Assembly: GCA_002308915.1 (NCBI GenBank)
Contig: DBWI01000028.1
Coordinates: 1-59,553, forward strand
From: Christensenella sp. UBA1242
GTDB lineage: Bacteria > Bacillota > Clostridia > Christensenellales > UBA1242
Direction: 5' to 3'
Length of the DNA stretch: 59,553 nt
The notes under the pieces were generated by a model. That model was not told the origin of the DNA. It did no database searches and saw only the letters and a list, made by a program, of their open reading frames with translations. The translations under genes were made by a program, and so were the position numbers. Positions 18,544 to 29,700 of this stretch are shown here, piece after piece; position 1 is the stretch's first letter; each line of letters begins with the position of its first letter.

Positions 18544-19026
18544 CTACTTTCTATTAGCCAAAAGACCAGCTAATCCAGCAACTAATGCGCCAGCCATCAT
18601 AAGATAGAATCCTACTGCTGGTTTAACATAAAAAGTATTTAAATCTTTGTATTGTACATTTGTTGTGAGTACTGCATACAAAACACCAAGAACAAGTGCA
18701 AGAACTGTTACACACAAAATTACAAGAGCCAAAACTTTTAATAATTTTGCATAGTTGAACTTACCAATCTTGAATGTATCAAGGCAAAATACAACAACAT
18801 ATAATGCAACCAAAACAAGATTAACGAGCATAAGTATTTCGCATATTGTTCCCATTGCTGCATAGTCAAGACCATCTTTGTTAGCAAAGATGCCAACACC
18901 GCCACTGAATCCAAGTGCTGCTTCTGTCCAAAGTGAAAGACAAATACCAACAACAAGTAAAACAAGGCCAACGACAACAAGACAATTAAATACTAAACCC
19001 AAGTTATTACTTTTCTTTTTTGCCAT
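18544..19026 (-). CDS. Four-TM membrane protein of unknown function
   Basis: Four hydrophobic helices; start MAKKK after AGGAGG. Confidence 0.7.
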   Translation of the reverse strand: MAKKKSNNLGLVFNCLVVVGLVLLVVGICLSLWTEAALGFSGGVGIFANKDGLDYAAMGTICEILMLVNLVLVALYVVVFCLDTFKIGKFNYAKLLKVLALVILCVTVLALVLGVLYAVLTTNVQYKDLNTFYVKPAVGFYLMMAGALVAGLAGLLANRK

Positions 19027-19087
19027 TTTTCCCTCCTTATATCTATGATATAACATTTGAAAAAATATAGCAAATGAATATTACTTT

Positions 19088-19143
19088 TTATGTGCTAAAA
19101 AGTAACAAAAAGCCCCGGAGGTTGCGATCCCCCGGAGCCTTTT
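19088..19143 (-). terminator. GC-rich terminator of the exonuclease gene
   Basis: AAAAGGCTCCGGGG-atcgcaac-CTCCGGGGCTTTTT directly after the stop. Confidence 0.7.
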
Positions 19144-20917
19144 ATTCCCAAATATCTAACTTATCTATAATAAATTTTAAATTTTTTAATATTCCGTTAC
19201 ATGTCTCATCAAATATGCATGATAAAACAAAAACTTTCCTATTGTTTGAAGTATAATATAGCTGTTTAATTATTTTATCAATAGTGTATTTATTTTTAAA
19301 AACATCAAAAGTTTTTATTTCCATAATGGAATTTTTATCACTTAGATCACATAAACCAAATGATTTGTTGTTATTAGAAAAAATCAATTCTTGCGAAAAA
19401 ACATTTTCACCATTAAAAATATTTTCTTTAATAAAATCAATTAAAGGAGTTATTTCATTCATTAAAACCTTACTAACAGAATTAATATCATCAATAAGTT
19501 CTTTTTCTTCTTTAGTCGCTTTTGTAGTTGCCAACTTAAGTGTTCCATCTGTTTCTTGTGTTATAGGAATGGTATGATAACTACTTTCAATACTGCCAAT
19601 ATGTTTTAAACCTCTCTTATTTGCAACTAAGAATTCATTGTTATCACATTTTTTTACATCTAATAATGTATTAATAATATGCTCTATCTCAATTCCTGAT
19701 ATATTTGTATCAAATTTTTTTATCTTTTTAATCAAGTTTTGAGGCAAGAAAAATTCGTATATTGTATTTTTACTATAATGAAGATCTTTTAATTTTATAT
19801 TAGCTATATCTTGCAAATTTGCATAGTTAATTAAATATGTAATAGGAACTTTGTAATCCATTGAATATTGATAAACATGCTCGTTGATTATAACCAATGG
19901 ATTATTGCAAATATTTTTAAATAATTTCCATTCTAAAATACAATCATTCAAACTAGTATGAATATCACTTACCCCATTAATACCTAACAACTGACACATA
20001 GCATCTTTTGTAACTTCACCCGAAGCATATGAAGCAATAAAATCTTTTATATTTTTAAAATTAAGTTTATCCCACCCCTGTATACCATGTCTTATAAAAT
20101 AGTGGTTTAAACAATCATAATCAAACTTACTACCACTATATGATAAAATTGTACGATTATTTAAGTTAAAAAAATCGATTATCTGATCAAATTCTTCTTG
20201 TGTAATCGGACTCTTACCTATTAAATCAATATCTTTTATTCCATGTAAATAACTATTTACAACAACTGGTTGCAATTCATTTGGCAAAAATCTATTATAT
20301 GCAACATCTTTATATGGATCATAAATCGATATAGATAAGACATCATCATTTGCACTTCTTAGCCCATTAGTCTCAATGTCAAGAACTACATGTTCTTTAG
20401 CCAATTGTTTATTAGCCTCTTTTTCTATATTAACAATGTTCGATTTTATATCAACAAATTCACTTAAAGGCGCAGTATACTCATTTTCAAATTTAGGGAG
20501 TGTCTTGAATATATATTTTTTATTTTTTAATAGTTCTTTGTATCTTTGTGGAAGTTTTTTAGATTTAGGATGTTTAAGTATCTCTTGAGTTAAATCATTT
20601 AGTTCACGATCTAAGCAAGAGTATTCCTCTTTACCATCCCTTATCGCTACATAAATATTCGAAACAGAATAAATAGGTACTGTTCCATAATTTTTAAATT
20701 TGTATTTATAAATTACCTTTATTAGTAAATTTTGGGTCAATTTATAATAGACATCATTTATTAAATAATAAAATATAAATTGATGTTTTTTAAAAGGCTC
20801 TTTAATATTATCCAAATTATTATTATCATTACAATCACGCAAGAAATTGCTTATTTCATAAAACTCGCGACAAGATATCTGTTTTACAAGTGGATCTTTA
20901 AATAATTTCTTTTTCAT
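19142..20917 (-). CDS. DEDDh 3'-5' exonuclease domain protein with possible C-terminal PD-(D/E)XK-like domain
   Basis: VLDIETNG (ExoI), KFDYDCL (ExoII), HTSLNDC (ExoIII); CDLSDKNSIMEIKT near the C-terminus; visibly AT-rich. Confidence 0.7.
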   Translation of the reverse strand: MKKKLFKDPLVKQISCREFYEISNFLRDCNDNNNLDNIKEPFKKHQFIFYYLINDVYYKLTQNLLIKVIYKYKFKNYGTVPIYSVSNIYVAIRDGKEEYSCLDRELNDLTQEILKHPKSKKLPQRYKELLKNKKYIFKTLPKFENEYTAPLSEFVDIKSNIVNIEKEANKQLAKEHVVLDIETNGLRSANDDVLSISIYDPYKDVAYNRFLPNELQPVVVNSYLHGIKDIDLIGKSPITQEEFDQIIDFFNLNNRTILSYSGSKFDYDCLNHYFIRHGIQGWDKLNFKNIKDFIASYASGEVTKDAMCQLLGINGVSDIHTSLNDCILEWKLFKNICNNPLVIINEHVYQYSMDYKVPITYLINYANLQDIANIKLKDLHYSKNTIYEFFLPQNLIKKIKKFDTNISGIEIEHIINTLLDVKKCDNNEFLVANKRGLKHIGSIESSYHTIPITQETDGTLKLATTKATKEEKELIDDINSVSKVLMNEITPLIDFIKENIFNGENVFSQELIFSNNNKSFGLCDLSDKNSIMEIKTFDVFKNKYTIDKIIKQLYYTSNNRKVFVLSCIFDETCNGILKNLKFIIDKLDIWE

Positions 20918-21054
20918 AGTTATATTTTATCATAATAATTTTTATTTGTAATCAAAATTATTAACAATAACAAATAATCTTCTTAAAAATAAAACAAGCA
21001 AAAAAAATGATTCTATCAATTAAGATAAAACCATTTTTTTACAATATTAATAAA

Positions 21055-23502
21055 CTACACCTTATACTCATATACGCAAGCAATCTTATCACGAGTATTT
21101 TGCTTGCCCTTGCCAAGACGAGAATCATATACAATTTGTCTTGGTGTGATGTTGATTAGTGAACTATCTGTTTGAATTGCAAGGTTTGGTGGAACAATTC
21201 CAAATTTACCAAACACAACTGTTCCAACATTGTCTGGATTTACTACTCTTAGACCTTTGCGATATCTTGACATAACTTCAAATTCGCCAATTGGTACATT
21301 TTTGAGATATCCTTTGTTTGTTACAACTGTTAAAGCACCTGATTCCATGACTTGTGCTGCAAATACAACTTCGTCACCGTCATCAAGGTTGATTCCCTTA
21401 ACACCACCTGTTACTCTTCCTGTTACTGGAATGTCATCATTCTCAAAGTTAAGCACCATTCCACGCTTGCTCATCATAAGAATTGTTTTTGACTTGTCAA
21501 ATCTTTCAACACCAACTACTCTGTCGGTATCTTTAAGTTTGATTGCTTGATAACAACTCTTTGCAATAAAGTATTCACCAAGAGAAGTCTTTTTTACCAT
21601 TCCTTCTTTTGTAAAGAAGATTACTTCTTCTTTTGACATCATATCTACATCATCAATAATTCTTAAATCAACAATTTTTTCATCACTCTTAAAGTTTTTG
21701 TCAAATGATTGAATTGTTTGACCACGGTCTCTCCACTTACCTTCTTGAATGTTGTTTAGATTAATCTTTACACAATTTCCAAGGTTTGTGAATGCCAATG
21801 CTTGTTGACTTGATAATGCGTTTTGAAGAACAACATAAACATCGTTTAGACTTGATGTTGATGTGAATTCACGTTGTGCAAGATTGTAATTCTTGAGTGG
21901 AATTGCTTTGATTGTTCCAGCTGCTGTTACTCCAACAACAATTTCACGTGCAAATGCTTCAACTTCATCAATTGGCTCTTCTGTTGCAACTTCTGCCTTT
22001 GTGTTAATTAAAGACTTTCTTGGCTGTTTGAAGCGCTTTTTGATTTCAGTTAATTCTTCTTTTACAACATTGTATTGTAATCTCTTTGAATTGTATATTT
22101 GAGTTAATTCTTCTATTTTAACTTTAAGCTCTGCAAGTTCTTGCTCTAGTTTTGTTATTTCCAAGTTAACAAGTCTTGCTAGTCTCATATCCAATATTGC
22201 TTGTGCTTGTTTTTCACTTAATACAAATCTATCACGAAGTCTTTGCTTTGCTTCTGAAGTGTTTGCTGATTTTTTAATTATTTTTACTACTTCATCAATA
22301 TTACGGATTGCAACCAAAAGTCCTTCAATAATATGAGCTCTATCTTTGCAAGCATCAAGGTCAAATTTGGTTCTTCTGTGAATAATTTCTCTTTGATACT
22401 CAACATAATAACCAATAATCTCCAAAAGTCCCATTTGTTTTGGCTTACCATCTGCAATTGCGACCATATTGATACCAAAACTTGCTTGCATCCCTGTTGA
22501 TTTGTAAAGATAGTCAAGTATTGCTTTTGCATTGCCTTCTTTACGCAATCTGATTACTGCACGCATACCATGTTTGTCTGATTCATCACGAATTTCACTT
22601 ATTGCTGACAATTTGTCTTTGTTTGTTTCTTTTAGTTCTGCAATCTTTTGAAGAAGTGCAACTTTGTTTGTTTGATAAGGAAGTTCTGTGATTACAATTG
22701 ATTGTTTGTCTCCTTCTGTCTCTATGTGAACAGTTGCACGAATTGTAATCTTTCCTTTTCCTGTTTCGTATGCTTTTACAAGGTCTTCACCAACGATTAG
22801 TTGTCCACCTGTTGGAAAGTCTGGTGCCTTGATATATTTCATCATTTCATCAAGCTTGATGCTTGGTTTGTTGATGTATGCAATTACGCCATCACATACT
22901 TCTGCAAAGTTGTGTGGTGGAATGTTTGTTGCAACACCAACGGCAATACCAGATGCACCATTAACAAGCAAGTTTGGAAACCTGCCTGGAAGCATGTCTG
23001 GTTCCTTTAGTGTATCATCAAAGTTAAAACTCCAATGAACTGTATTCTTTTCTAGGTCACGAAGCATTTCCATTGCAAGTGGTGCAAGTCTTGCTTCTGT
23101 GTAACGCATTGCAGCAGCACTGTCGCCGTCAATTGAACCAAAGTTACCATGACCATCAACAAGAACTTCACTCATACTAAAAGGTTGTGCCATTCTTACC
23201 ATTGCATCATAAACAGAACTATCGCCGTGTGGATGATATTTACCCATACAATCACCAACAATTCTTGCTGATTTACGATATTGTTTGTCTGGCTCTAACC
23301 CTAGCTCAAGCATTGAATACAAAATTCTTCTTTGAACTGGCTTTAATCCATCTTCAACTCTTGGAAGTGCTCTGTCCATAACAACGTGTTCTGTGTATGG
23401 AATCATTGAGTCATGCAACACTTCTTCCATTGACTTATAGATTATTTCTCTGCCTTTGTTACTATTTTCTACATTTTCTATATTATTTGATTTCTTTTCC
23501 AC
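21055..23502 (-). CDS. parC: Type IIA topoisomerase subunit A, probably topoisomerase IV ParC
   Basis: [16 protein letters not shown] and AAAMRYTE motifs; no GyrA-box (QRRGGKG) at the start of the C-terminal domain. Confidence 0.75.
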   Translation of the reverse strand: MEKKSNNIENVENSNKGREIIYKSMEEVLHDSMIPYTEHVVMDRALPRVEDGLKPVQRRILYSMLELGLEPDKQYRKSARIVGDCMGKYHPHGDSSVYDAMVRMAQPFSMSEVLVDGHGNFGSIDGDSAAAMRYTEARLAPLAMEMLRDLEKNTVHWSFNFDDTLKEPDMLPGRFPNLLVNGASGIAVGVATNIPPHNFAEVCDGVIAYINKPSIKLDEMMKYIKAPDFPTGGQLIVGEDLVKAYETGKGKITIRATVHIETEGDKQSIVITELPYQTNKVALLQKIAELKETNKDKLSAISEIRDESDKHGMRAVIRLRKEGNAKAILDYLYKSTGMQASFGINMVAIADGKPKQMGLLEIIGYYVEYQREIIHRRTKFDLDACKDRAHIIEGLLVAIRNIDEVVKIIKKSANTSEAKQRLRDRFVLSEKQAQAILDMRLARLVNLEITKLEQELAELKVKIEELTQIYNSKRLQYNVVKEELTEIKKRFKQPRKSLINTKAEVATEEPIDEVEAFAREIVVGVTAAGTIKAIPLKNYNLAQREFTSTSSLNDVYVVLQNALSSQQALAFTNLGNCVKINLNNIQEGKWRDRGQTIQSFDKNFKSDEKIVDLRIIDDVDMMSKEEVIFFTKEGMVKKTSLGEYFIAKSCYQAIKLKDTDRVVGVERFDKSKTILMMSKRGMVLNFENDDIPVTGRVTGGVKGINLDDGDEVVFAAQVMESGALTVVTNKGYLKNVPIGEFEVMSRYRKGLRVVNPDNVGTVVFGKFGIVPPNLAIQTDSSLINITPRQIVYDSRLGKGKQNTRDKIACVYEYKV

Positions 23503-23539
23503 TTTTTATTCCTTGATTTTATTTTACTAATGAATTATT

Positions 23540-25486
23540 TTAATCCATAAATTCTTCGTTAAACTTATCTTCTCTATTGAAATTTGCATGAAGTGCAATG
23601 TATGCCTTTCTTGCATCAATATTATCGCCCATCCAAGTTGTTACCATTTTTTCTGCTTCTGCAGCATCATCTATTGTTACTTGAACTAATGTTCTTTTGT
23701 CTGGATCCATTGTTGTTTCCCATAGTTGTTCTGGATTCATTTCACCAAGACCTTTGTAACGTTGGATTTGATAACCTTTACCTGCTCTTTCTATTGCTGC
23801 AGGAAGTTCATAATCTGAATAAACATATTCTGAATAACCTTTTTTGAATACACGATAAAGTGGTGGTAATCCAATATACACATGTCCATCCATAATAAGA
23901 TTACGCATATATCTAAAGAAGAAAGTAAGCAAGATTGCTCTGATATGTCCACCATCTTGGTCGGCATCGGAAAGAATTATTACTTTGTGATATCTTAGAT
24001 TTTCACCATTATAATCTTCACCAATACCAGTTTCGAGTGCACTGATGATTGTTCTTATTTCTTCATTGCCAAGTACTTGGTCAATACGCTTTTTCTCTGC
24101 GTTAAGTGGCTTTCCTTTGAGTGGCAAAATTGCTTGAAACATTCTGTCTCTGCCTTGTTTTGCACTACCACCAGCAGAATCACCTTCGACTATAAAGAGT
24201 TCACTCTTTTCACCTTTTTTTGATGTGCAAGCAGCAAGCTTTCCAACAAGATTAAAGTTGTCTGCATTTTTTGTTGCTCTTGAAATCTCTTTTGCTCTTT
24301 TTGCTGCTTCCCTTGTTTTTGCTGCAGCTTTTGCTTTGTCTAGAACAACTGTTGCAAATTTTTCATAATCTTTGTTATCAAGTAATTTTGTTATCTCTTG
24401 AATTGTTAAACGCTCAACTTCTGTTTTTGCTTCTGGATTGCCTAATTTGGTCTTTGTTTGGCCTTCAAACTCAACATTGTGCATCTTTACTGCAATAACA
24501 CAAGTGATACCTTCTCTAAAATCTTCACCAAGGAAGTTTTGCTCTTTATCTTTAAGATATCCACTTGAACGAGCATAATCATTGAATACCTTTGTCCAAG
24601 CTGACTTGAAACCTGTTTCGTGAGTTCCACCTTCGGTTGTTGGAATGTTGTTTACATAACTGAATGTGTTTTCGGTGTAACTATCTGTATATTCAATTGC
24701 AACTTCCAACTTAACAATATCGCTCTCGGCGCTAAAATACATTGGAGTTGAGAATAGTTTTGTTTTGCCTTCATCGATGTATTCAATAAAGTCCTTTATT
24801 CCACCTTCATAATGATATGCAACATGCAAATCTTGTCTTAGGTCTGTTAATTCAATTTTTAGACCTTTGTTCAAAAATGCAAGTTCTTTTATTCTTTTGT
24901 TGATTGTTTCAAAATTGAAAACAATATCTCCAAACATTCTCTTGTCTGGAAGGAATGTTACAACTGTTCCTTTTTGTTTTGTTGGTCCAACGTCTTCTAG
25001 TTCACCAAGTGGAACACCACTCTTGAGCTTTCCGTTAATCTCACGGCTAGAAAACTCCATGTAGTATTTTCTGCCGTTTTTGTGAACTTCAACCTTGAGC
25101 CATTCACTAAGTGCGTTTGTTACAGAAGCACCAACACCGTGAAGACCACCAGAATAACTATAACTCTTGTTATTAAACTTTCCACCAGCATGGAGTTGTG
25201 TGAATACAACTTCAACACCAGACTTTTTGAGTGTTGGATGCAAATCAACAGGAATTCCACGACCATTATCTGTTACAGTTGCACTACCATCTTTGTTTAG
25301 TGTTATTGTAATTGTGTCTCCATAACCATTTGAAATTTCATCAATACTGTTATCTACAATTTCCCATAGTAAGTGATGAAATCCTTTTGGACCTGTTGTT
25401 CCAATGTACATACCAGGACGAAGTCTTACTGCATCAAGTCCTTCGAGTACAACGATGTCTTTTGAATCATAAGTATTATTTGCCAT
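23540..25486 (-). CDS. parE: Type IIA topoisomerase subunit B, probably topoisomerase IV ParE
   Basis: RPGMYIG, EGDSAGG, PLKGK, DADQDG and RYKGLGEM motifs; partner lacks the GyrA-box. Confidence 0.75.
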   Translation of the reverse strand: MANNTYDSKDIVVLEGLDAVRLRPGMYIGTTGPKGFHHLLWEIVDNSIDEISNGYGDTITITLNKDGSATVTDNGRGIPVDLHPTLKKSGVEVVFTQLHAGGKFNNKSYSYSGGLHGVGASVTNALSEWLKVEVHKNGRKYYMEFSSREINGKLKSGVPLGELEDVGPTKQKGTVVTFLPDKRMFGDIVFNFETINKRIKELAFLNKGLKIELTDLRQDLHVAYHYEGGIKDFIEYIDEGKTKLFSTPMYFSAESDIVKLEVAIEYTDSYTENTFSYVNNIPTTEGGTHETGFKSAWTKVFNDYARSSGYLKDKEQNFLGEDFREGITCVIAVKMHNVEFEGQTKTKLGNPEAKTEVERLTIQEITKLLDNKDYEKFATVVLDKAKAAAKTREAAKRAKEISRATKNADNFNLVGKLAACTSKKGEKSELFIVEGDSAGGSAKQGRDRMFQAILPLKGKPLNAEKKRIDQVLGNEEIRTIISALETGIGEDYNGENLRYHKVIILSDADQDGGHIRAILLTFFFRYMRNLIMDGHVYIGLPPLYRVFKKGYSEYVYSDYELPAAIERAGKGYQIQRYKGLGEMNPEQLWETTMDPDKRTLVQVTIDDAAEAEKMVTTWMGDNIDARKAYIALHANFNREDKFNEEFMD

Positions 25487-25626
25487 TTATTTCCCCTAAA
25501 AAAATTTCCTAATATAGAATAAAATAATTTTTTTAAAATGTAAAGTTAAAAACTAACTTTTATTACGTAATTTATTTTTGCTATATTTTTATTATTTAAT
25601 ACATACACTAATAAAAAGTGAGAGTT

Positions 25627-26676
25627 ATGAAAAGAACTATTGTATTAACCGGTGGCGGTACTGCAGGACACATTATGCCCAATGTTGCACTTTTGCCAGA
25701 CCTAAAAAAACACTTTGATAGCATTTATTACATAGGCACAAATGGAATGGAAAAAGAAATTATTTCAAAACAAAATATACCATTCTTTGAAATTACTGCA
25801 ACAAAATTTGTTAGAAAAATATCCTTAAAAACATTAAAAATACCTTTTTTACTGTTAAAAAGTGTGTTTGAAGCCAAAAAATTACTAAAAAAACTAAAAC
25901 CAGATGTAATTTTTTCAAAAGGCGGATATGTTTCTGTTCCCGTATGTATTGCAGCAAAAAAACTTAAAATTCCAGTTGTAACACACGAAAGCGATTTGAG
26001 TATGGGACTTGCAAATAAGATTATCGCACACTACGCAAATTGTGTTTGCACAACTTTTGAAAAGACAACACATCAAAACAAAAAATGTATATTTACTGGA
26101 AGTCCAATACGAAAAGAAATTTTTGAAGGCAACAAAAATAATATCATATCAAAATTTGATTATGACAAAACAAAACCAACAATTCTTTTTATGGGTGGAA
26201 GTTTGGGAGCTACTGCAATAAATGATTTGGTTAAAAATGAAATTGATAAACTTTGTACTCGATATAATATTTTGCATTTGACAGGAAAAAACTTTCAACC
26301 ACCAACAGCAAAACACTATTACCCACTTTCATTTTGTGACCATATTGAAGACTTGTTTGACCTGTGCGACATTTGTGTTTGCAGAAGCGGTGCAAATACA
26401 ATTATGGAACTTGCCAGCATAAACAAGCCAATGATACTTATTCCACTACCGAAAGGCAACTCAAGAGGCGACCAAGTTGAAAACGCAAAAGAGTTTGAAC
26501 AAAAAGGGCTTGCAAATGTTTTAACACAGGATAGACTAAATTATACTAACCTTGTTTTTGAAATTGAGAAAACTCTTGCAAACAAAACTACTTTGGTTGA
26601 AAGTATGAAACAACTTAATTTGAAAAATGGAAATAAGAATATAGTTGATGTGATACTGGCACACACAAAAAAATGA
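25627..26676 (+). CDS. murG: Undecaprenyl-PP-MurNAc-pentapeptide GlcNAc transferase
   Basis: GGGTAGH, KGGYVS, HESD, GGSLGA, RSGANT and DQVENA motifs. Confidence 0.93.
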   Translation: MKRTIVLTGGGTAGHIMPNVALLPDLKKHFDSIYYIGTNGMEKEIISKQNIPFFEITATKFVRKISLKTLKIPFLLLKSVFEAKKLLKKLKPDVIFSKGGYVSVPVCIAAKKLKIPVVTHESDLSMGLANKIIAHYANCVCTTFEKTTHQNKKCIFTGSPIRKEIFEGNKNNIISKFDYDKTKPTILFMGGSLGATAINDLVKNEIDKLCTRYNILHLTGKNFQPPTAKHYYPLSFCDHIEDLFDLCDICVCRSGANTIMELASINKPMILIPLPKGNSRGDQVENAKEFEQKGLANVLTQDRLNYTNLVFEIEKTLANKTTLVESMKQLNLKNGNKNIVDVILAHTKK

Positions 26677-26705
26677 CTAGCAATTAAATTTTGCTAGTCA
26701 TTTTT
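26669..26705. terminator. Bidirectional terminator
   Basis: AAAAATGACTAGCAA-ttaaatt-TTGCTAGTCATTTTT between convergent genes. Confidence 0.85.
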
Positions 26706-26722
26706 GTTTTTAAGAAAATTAC

Positions 26723-29700
26723 TTATTTAGCTTTTTTTGCTGTTTTTGTTGCAGGGCTTTTTGATGTAGTTTTCTTTGTATTTGATGTACTTTTCTTTGC
26801 TTTTTGATTGCTTTTTGATGTATTTTTGCTATTTTTTCTTTTATTTTTTGATTTTTTATCAACAAGATTGTATTGAGCTCTAAGCATTGCTTGCTCTTTT
26901 TTTCTTCTTGCATTTCTTAAGCTAACAAGAACAAATACAATAGTTGCAAGCACTATGATTAAAGTTCCACCATACCAAATTGTTGATGTTAAATCAATGT
27001 GTAATACTGTCATAATTAGCAATGCTGTTAAAACAAAGTTAAGCACAAACAATACATACATTACTCGTCTGTTTTGTGCTGCAACACAAACACTTCCAAG
27101 TAAAACTAATAGTAATAGAATACAATCAAGAACTAATACGATTAATGCCCAAGTTTGCAATTTTGAACCTGTCATGTCAACAAATGCAAATTGAGACAAC
27201 TTGTCTGTTGTTACATAGGCATAATCGCCTTCAACTTTGTAATCAACATATTTAAATTCTGTGTTTGAATGAATGTGCAATACTTTAAAGTCTTTATTTT
27301 TAAGTGATTCTGGTATTGCCATTTTAATCACAACTTTGGCACCTTCTTTGATGTCACTTGGTTGGATTTCAACTTCAACCATTTGTCCATCAACTTCTTT
27401 TGTTTGAATCAATTTTACATCGCATACAGAAACAATCTTGTTTTTGCCAACAAAAGCCAAAACTAATGGACTAAATTTATTCAAATCTTCATCTGTAATT
27501 TCTTTTGTTGTGTTTGATTCAATTGACACATTGTAATCAAATACTTCATTATCTCCTTCAATTGCAACAGATATTCCGCTCTTGTCATCATTTATTTCTT
27601 TTTGAACAATTGTGAAATTACCATCTGTTAATTGAATTTCATAGTTATCAAACATGTTTTGATTGCAAACCAATTTAATCTTACAAATTCCTGGTTTGTC
27701 TAATGAACCATCAACTACATAGCTTGAATTTTCTTTAATTTGATTTACAAGTGCATCACTTTCATCATGTCCAACTACTGTAAATGAGAATGTTGGAATA
27801 CTTTCTCCCAATATAAATGTGGCATCTTCAACAATAACATCTAATTCTGCTTTTTTGATTGTGTATGATTTTGTTACAACTTGTGGTAATACATAATTTT
27901 CAGAGAAATTATCTGTTACTGCAAAACTTGCTGTTGCTGTATATTCACCTGCATTTTTAAATTCTCTATCAACTTCTACTTTGAGTGGAACTATGTTTGT
28001 GAGATGTGTGTAACTTGCTGTAATTGTTTGAACTAATCCTGTGTATGTGAAATCATCTGCTTGCCAATTAATTGTTACTTCAACTGGCTTAATACTATAG
28101 TTATTTGTTACAACATCTGGTAATAAATAGTTGTTATATGGATTGCCATTATCAACAAAGCTTGCCGTTGCAACATAATCATTTGCAACATTCTTAAATT
28201 CTTTGTTCATTGTAACTTTAAGTGAAACTGGATTTTGGCTATCTTTGCCCATGTACTTTGCTGTTACTATTTGTTCAGAACCATTATATGTGTAATTGTC
28301 TTCTGACCATATAATTTCTACTTCAAATGCGTTGATGCTATAAACATTTGTATTTTCTGCTGGCAACTTGTAATTACCATATTCATTGTCATTATCGGCA
28401 AAACTTGCTGTTGCAATATAATCACCAAAATTCTTAAATGCTTTGTCTGTTGTTACTTTAAGTTCAACATCTTCATCATCTATATCTTTGTATGTTGCTA
28501 TGATTACTTGTTCTTCGCCATTATATGTAAAGTTGTTTTCACTCCATGTAATTTGAACTTCTATGGCATTAATATTGTATACACTTGTTGAAACTGCTGG
28601 TAATTTGTAATTACCATATTCATTGTCGCCGTCAACAAAGTTTGCCGTTGCTGTGTACTCTCCTACATTTTTGAATGTGTCACTCATTGTAACTGCAAGC
28701 TCAACATCTTGACCATCAACATCTTGATAACTTGCTGTTACTGTTTGTTCTTCGCCATTATATGTAAAGTTGTTTTCACTCCAAGCAATTACAACTTCTA
28801 ATGCTTTAATATTATAAGTGTTTGTGTTATCTTGTGGTAAGCTATAATTTTGAAGTACATTGTCTAATTCGTTAAATCTTGCTGTTGCTGTGTACTCTCC
28901 AACATTTTTGAATGTGTCACTCATTGTAACTGCAAGTTCAATATCTTGATTGTTCGCATTTTTGTAACTTGCTGTTACTGTTTGTTCTTCGCCATTGTAT
29001 GTAAAGTTATTTTCACTCCATACTATTTCAATTACATATGCTTTAATGTTGTATGTTGCTGTTGCTTCTTCTGGAAGTTTGTAATTGCCAAGTGTGTTAT
29101 CTGTATCTGCAAAATTTGCTGTTGCTGTGTACTCTCCTGCATTTTGGAAAGAATTATCCATTTCAACTACAAGTGCAACATCTTGGTCGTTTGCATCTTT
29201 GTAACTTGCTGTTACTATTTGTTCTTGTTCATTGTATGTAAAGTCGTTTTCACACCAATCAATTACAATTTCTAATGCTTTGATGTTATATGTTTTTGTT
29301 ACTTCTTGTGGAAGTTTGTAATTTCCAAGTGTATTATCTGTATCAGCAAAACTTACTGTTGCTGTGTACTCTCCAAAGTTTTGGAATGTATCACTCATCT
29401 CAACTTTAAGTGCAACATCTTGGTCATTTACATCTTTGTAACTTGCCGTTACTGTTTGTTCTTCACCATTATATGTAAAGTCGTTTTCACTCCAAGCAAT
29501 TACGACTTCAAGAGCTTTGATGTTATAAGTTTCTGTCGCATTTTGTGGAAGTTTGTAGTTGCCAAGTGTGTTATCTGTTTCTGCAAAACTTGCTGTTGCT
29601 GTATACTCTCCAAGGTTTTGGAATGTATCACTCATTTCAACTTTAAGTGCAACATCTTCGCCATTTATATTTTTATAGCTAGCAGTAACAGTTTGTTCTT

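Noticed and set aside
21055-25486. gyrA/gyrB
   Set aside because: No GyrA-box and no dnaA-dnaN-recF context; parC/parE preferred, though not proven without phylogeny
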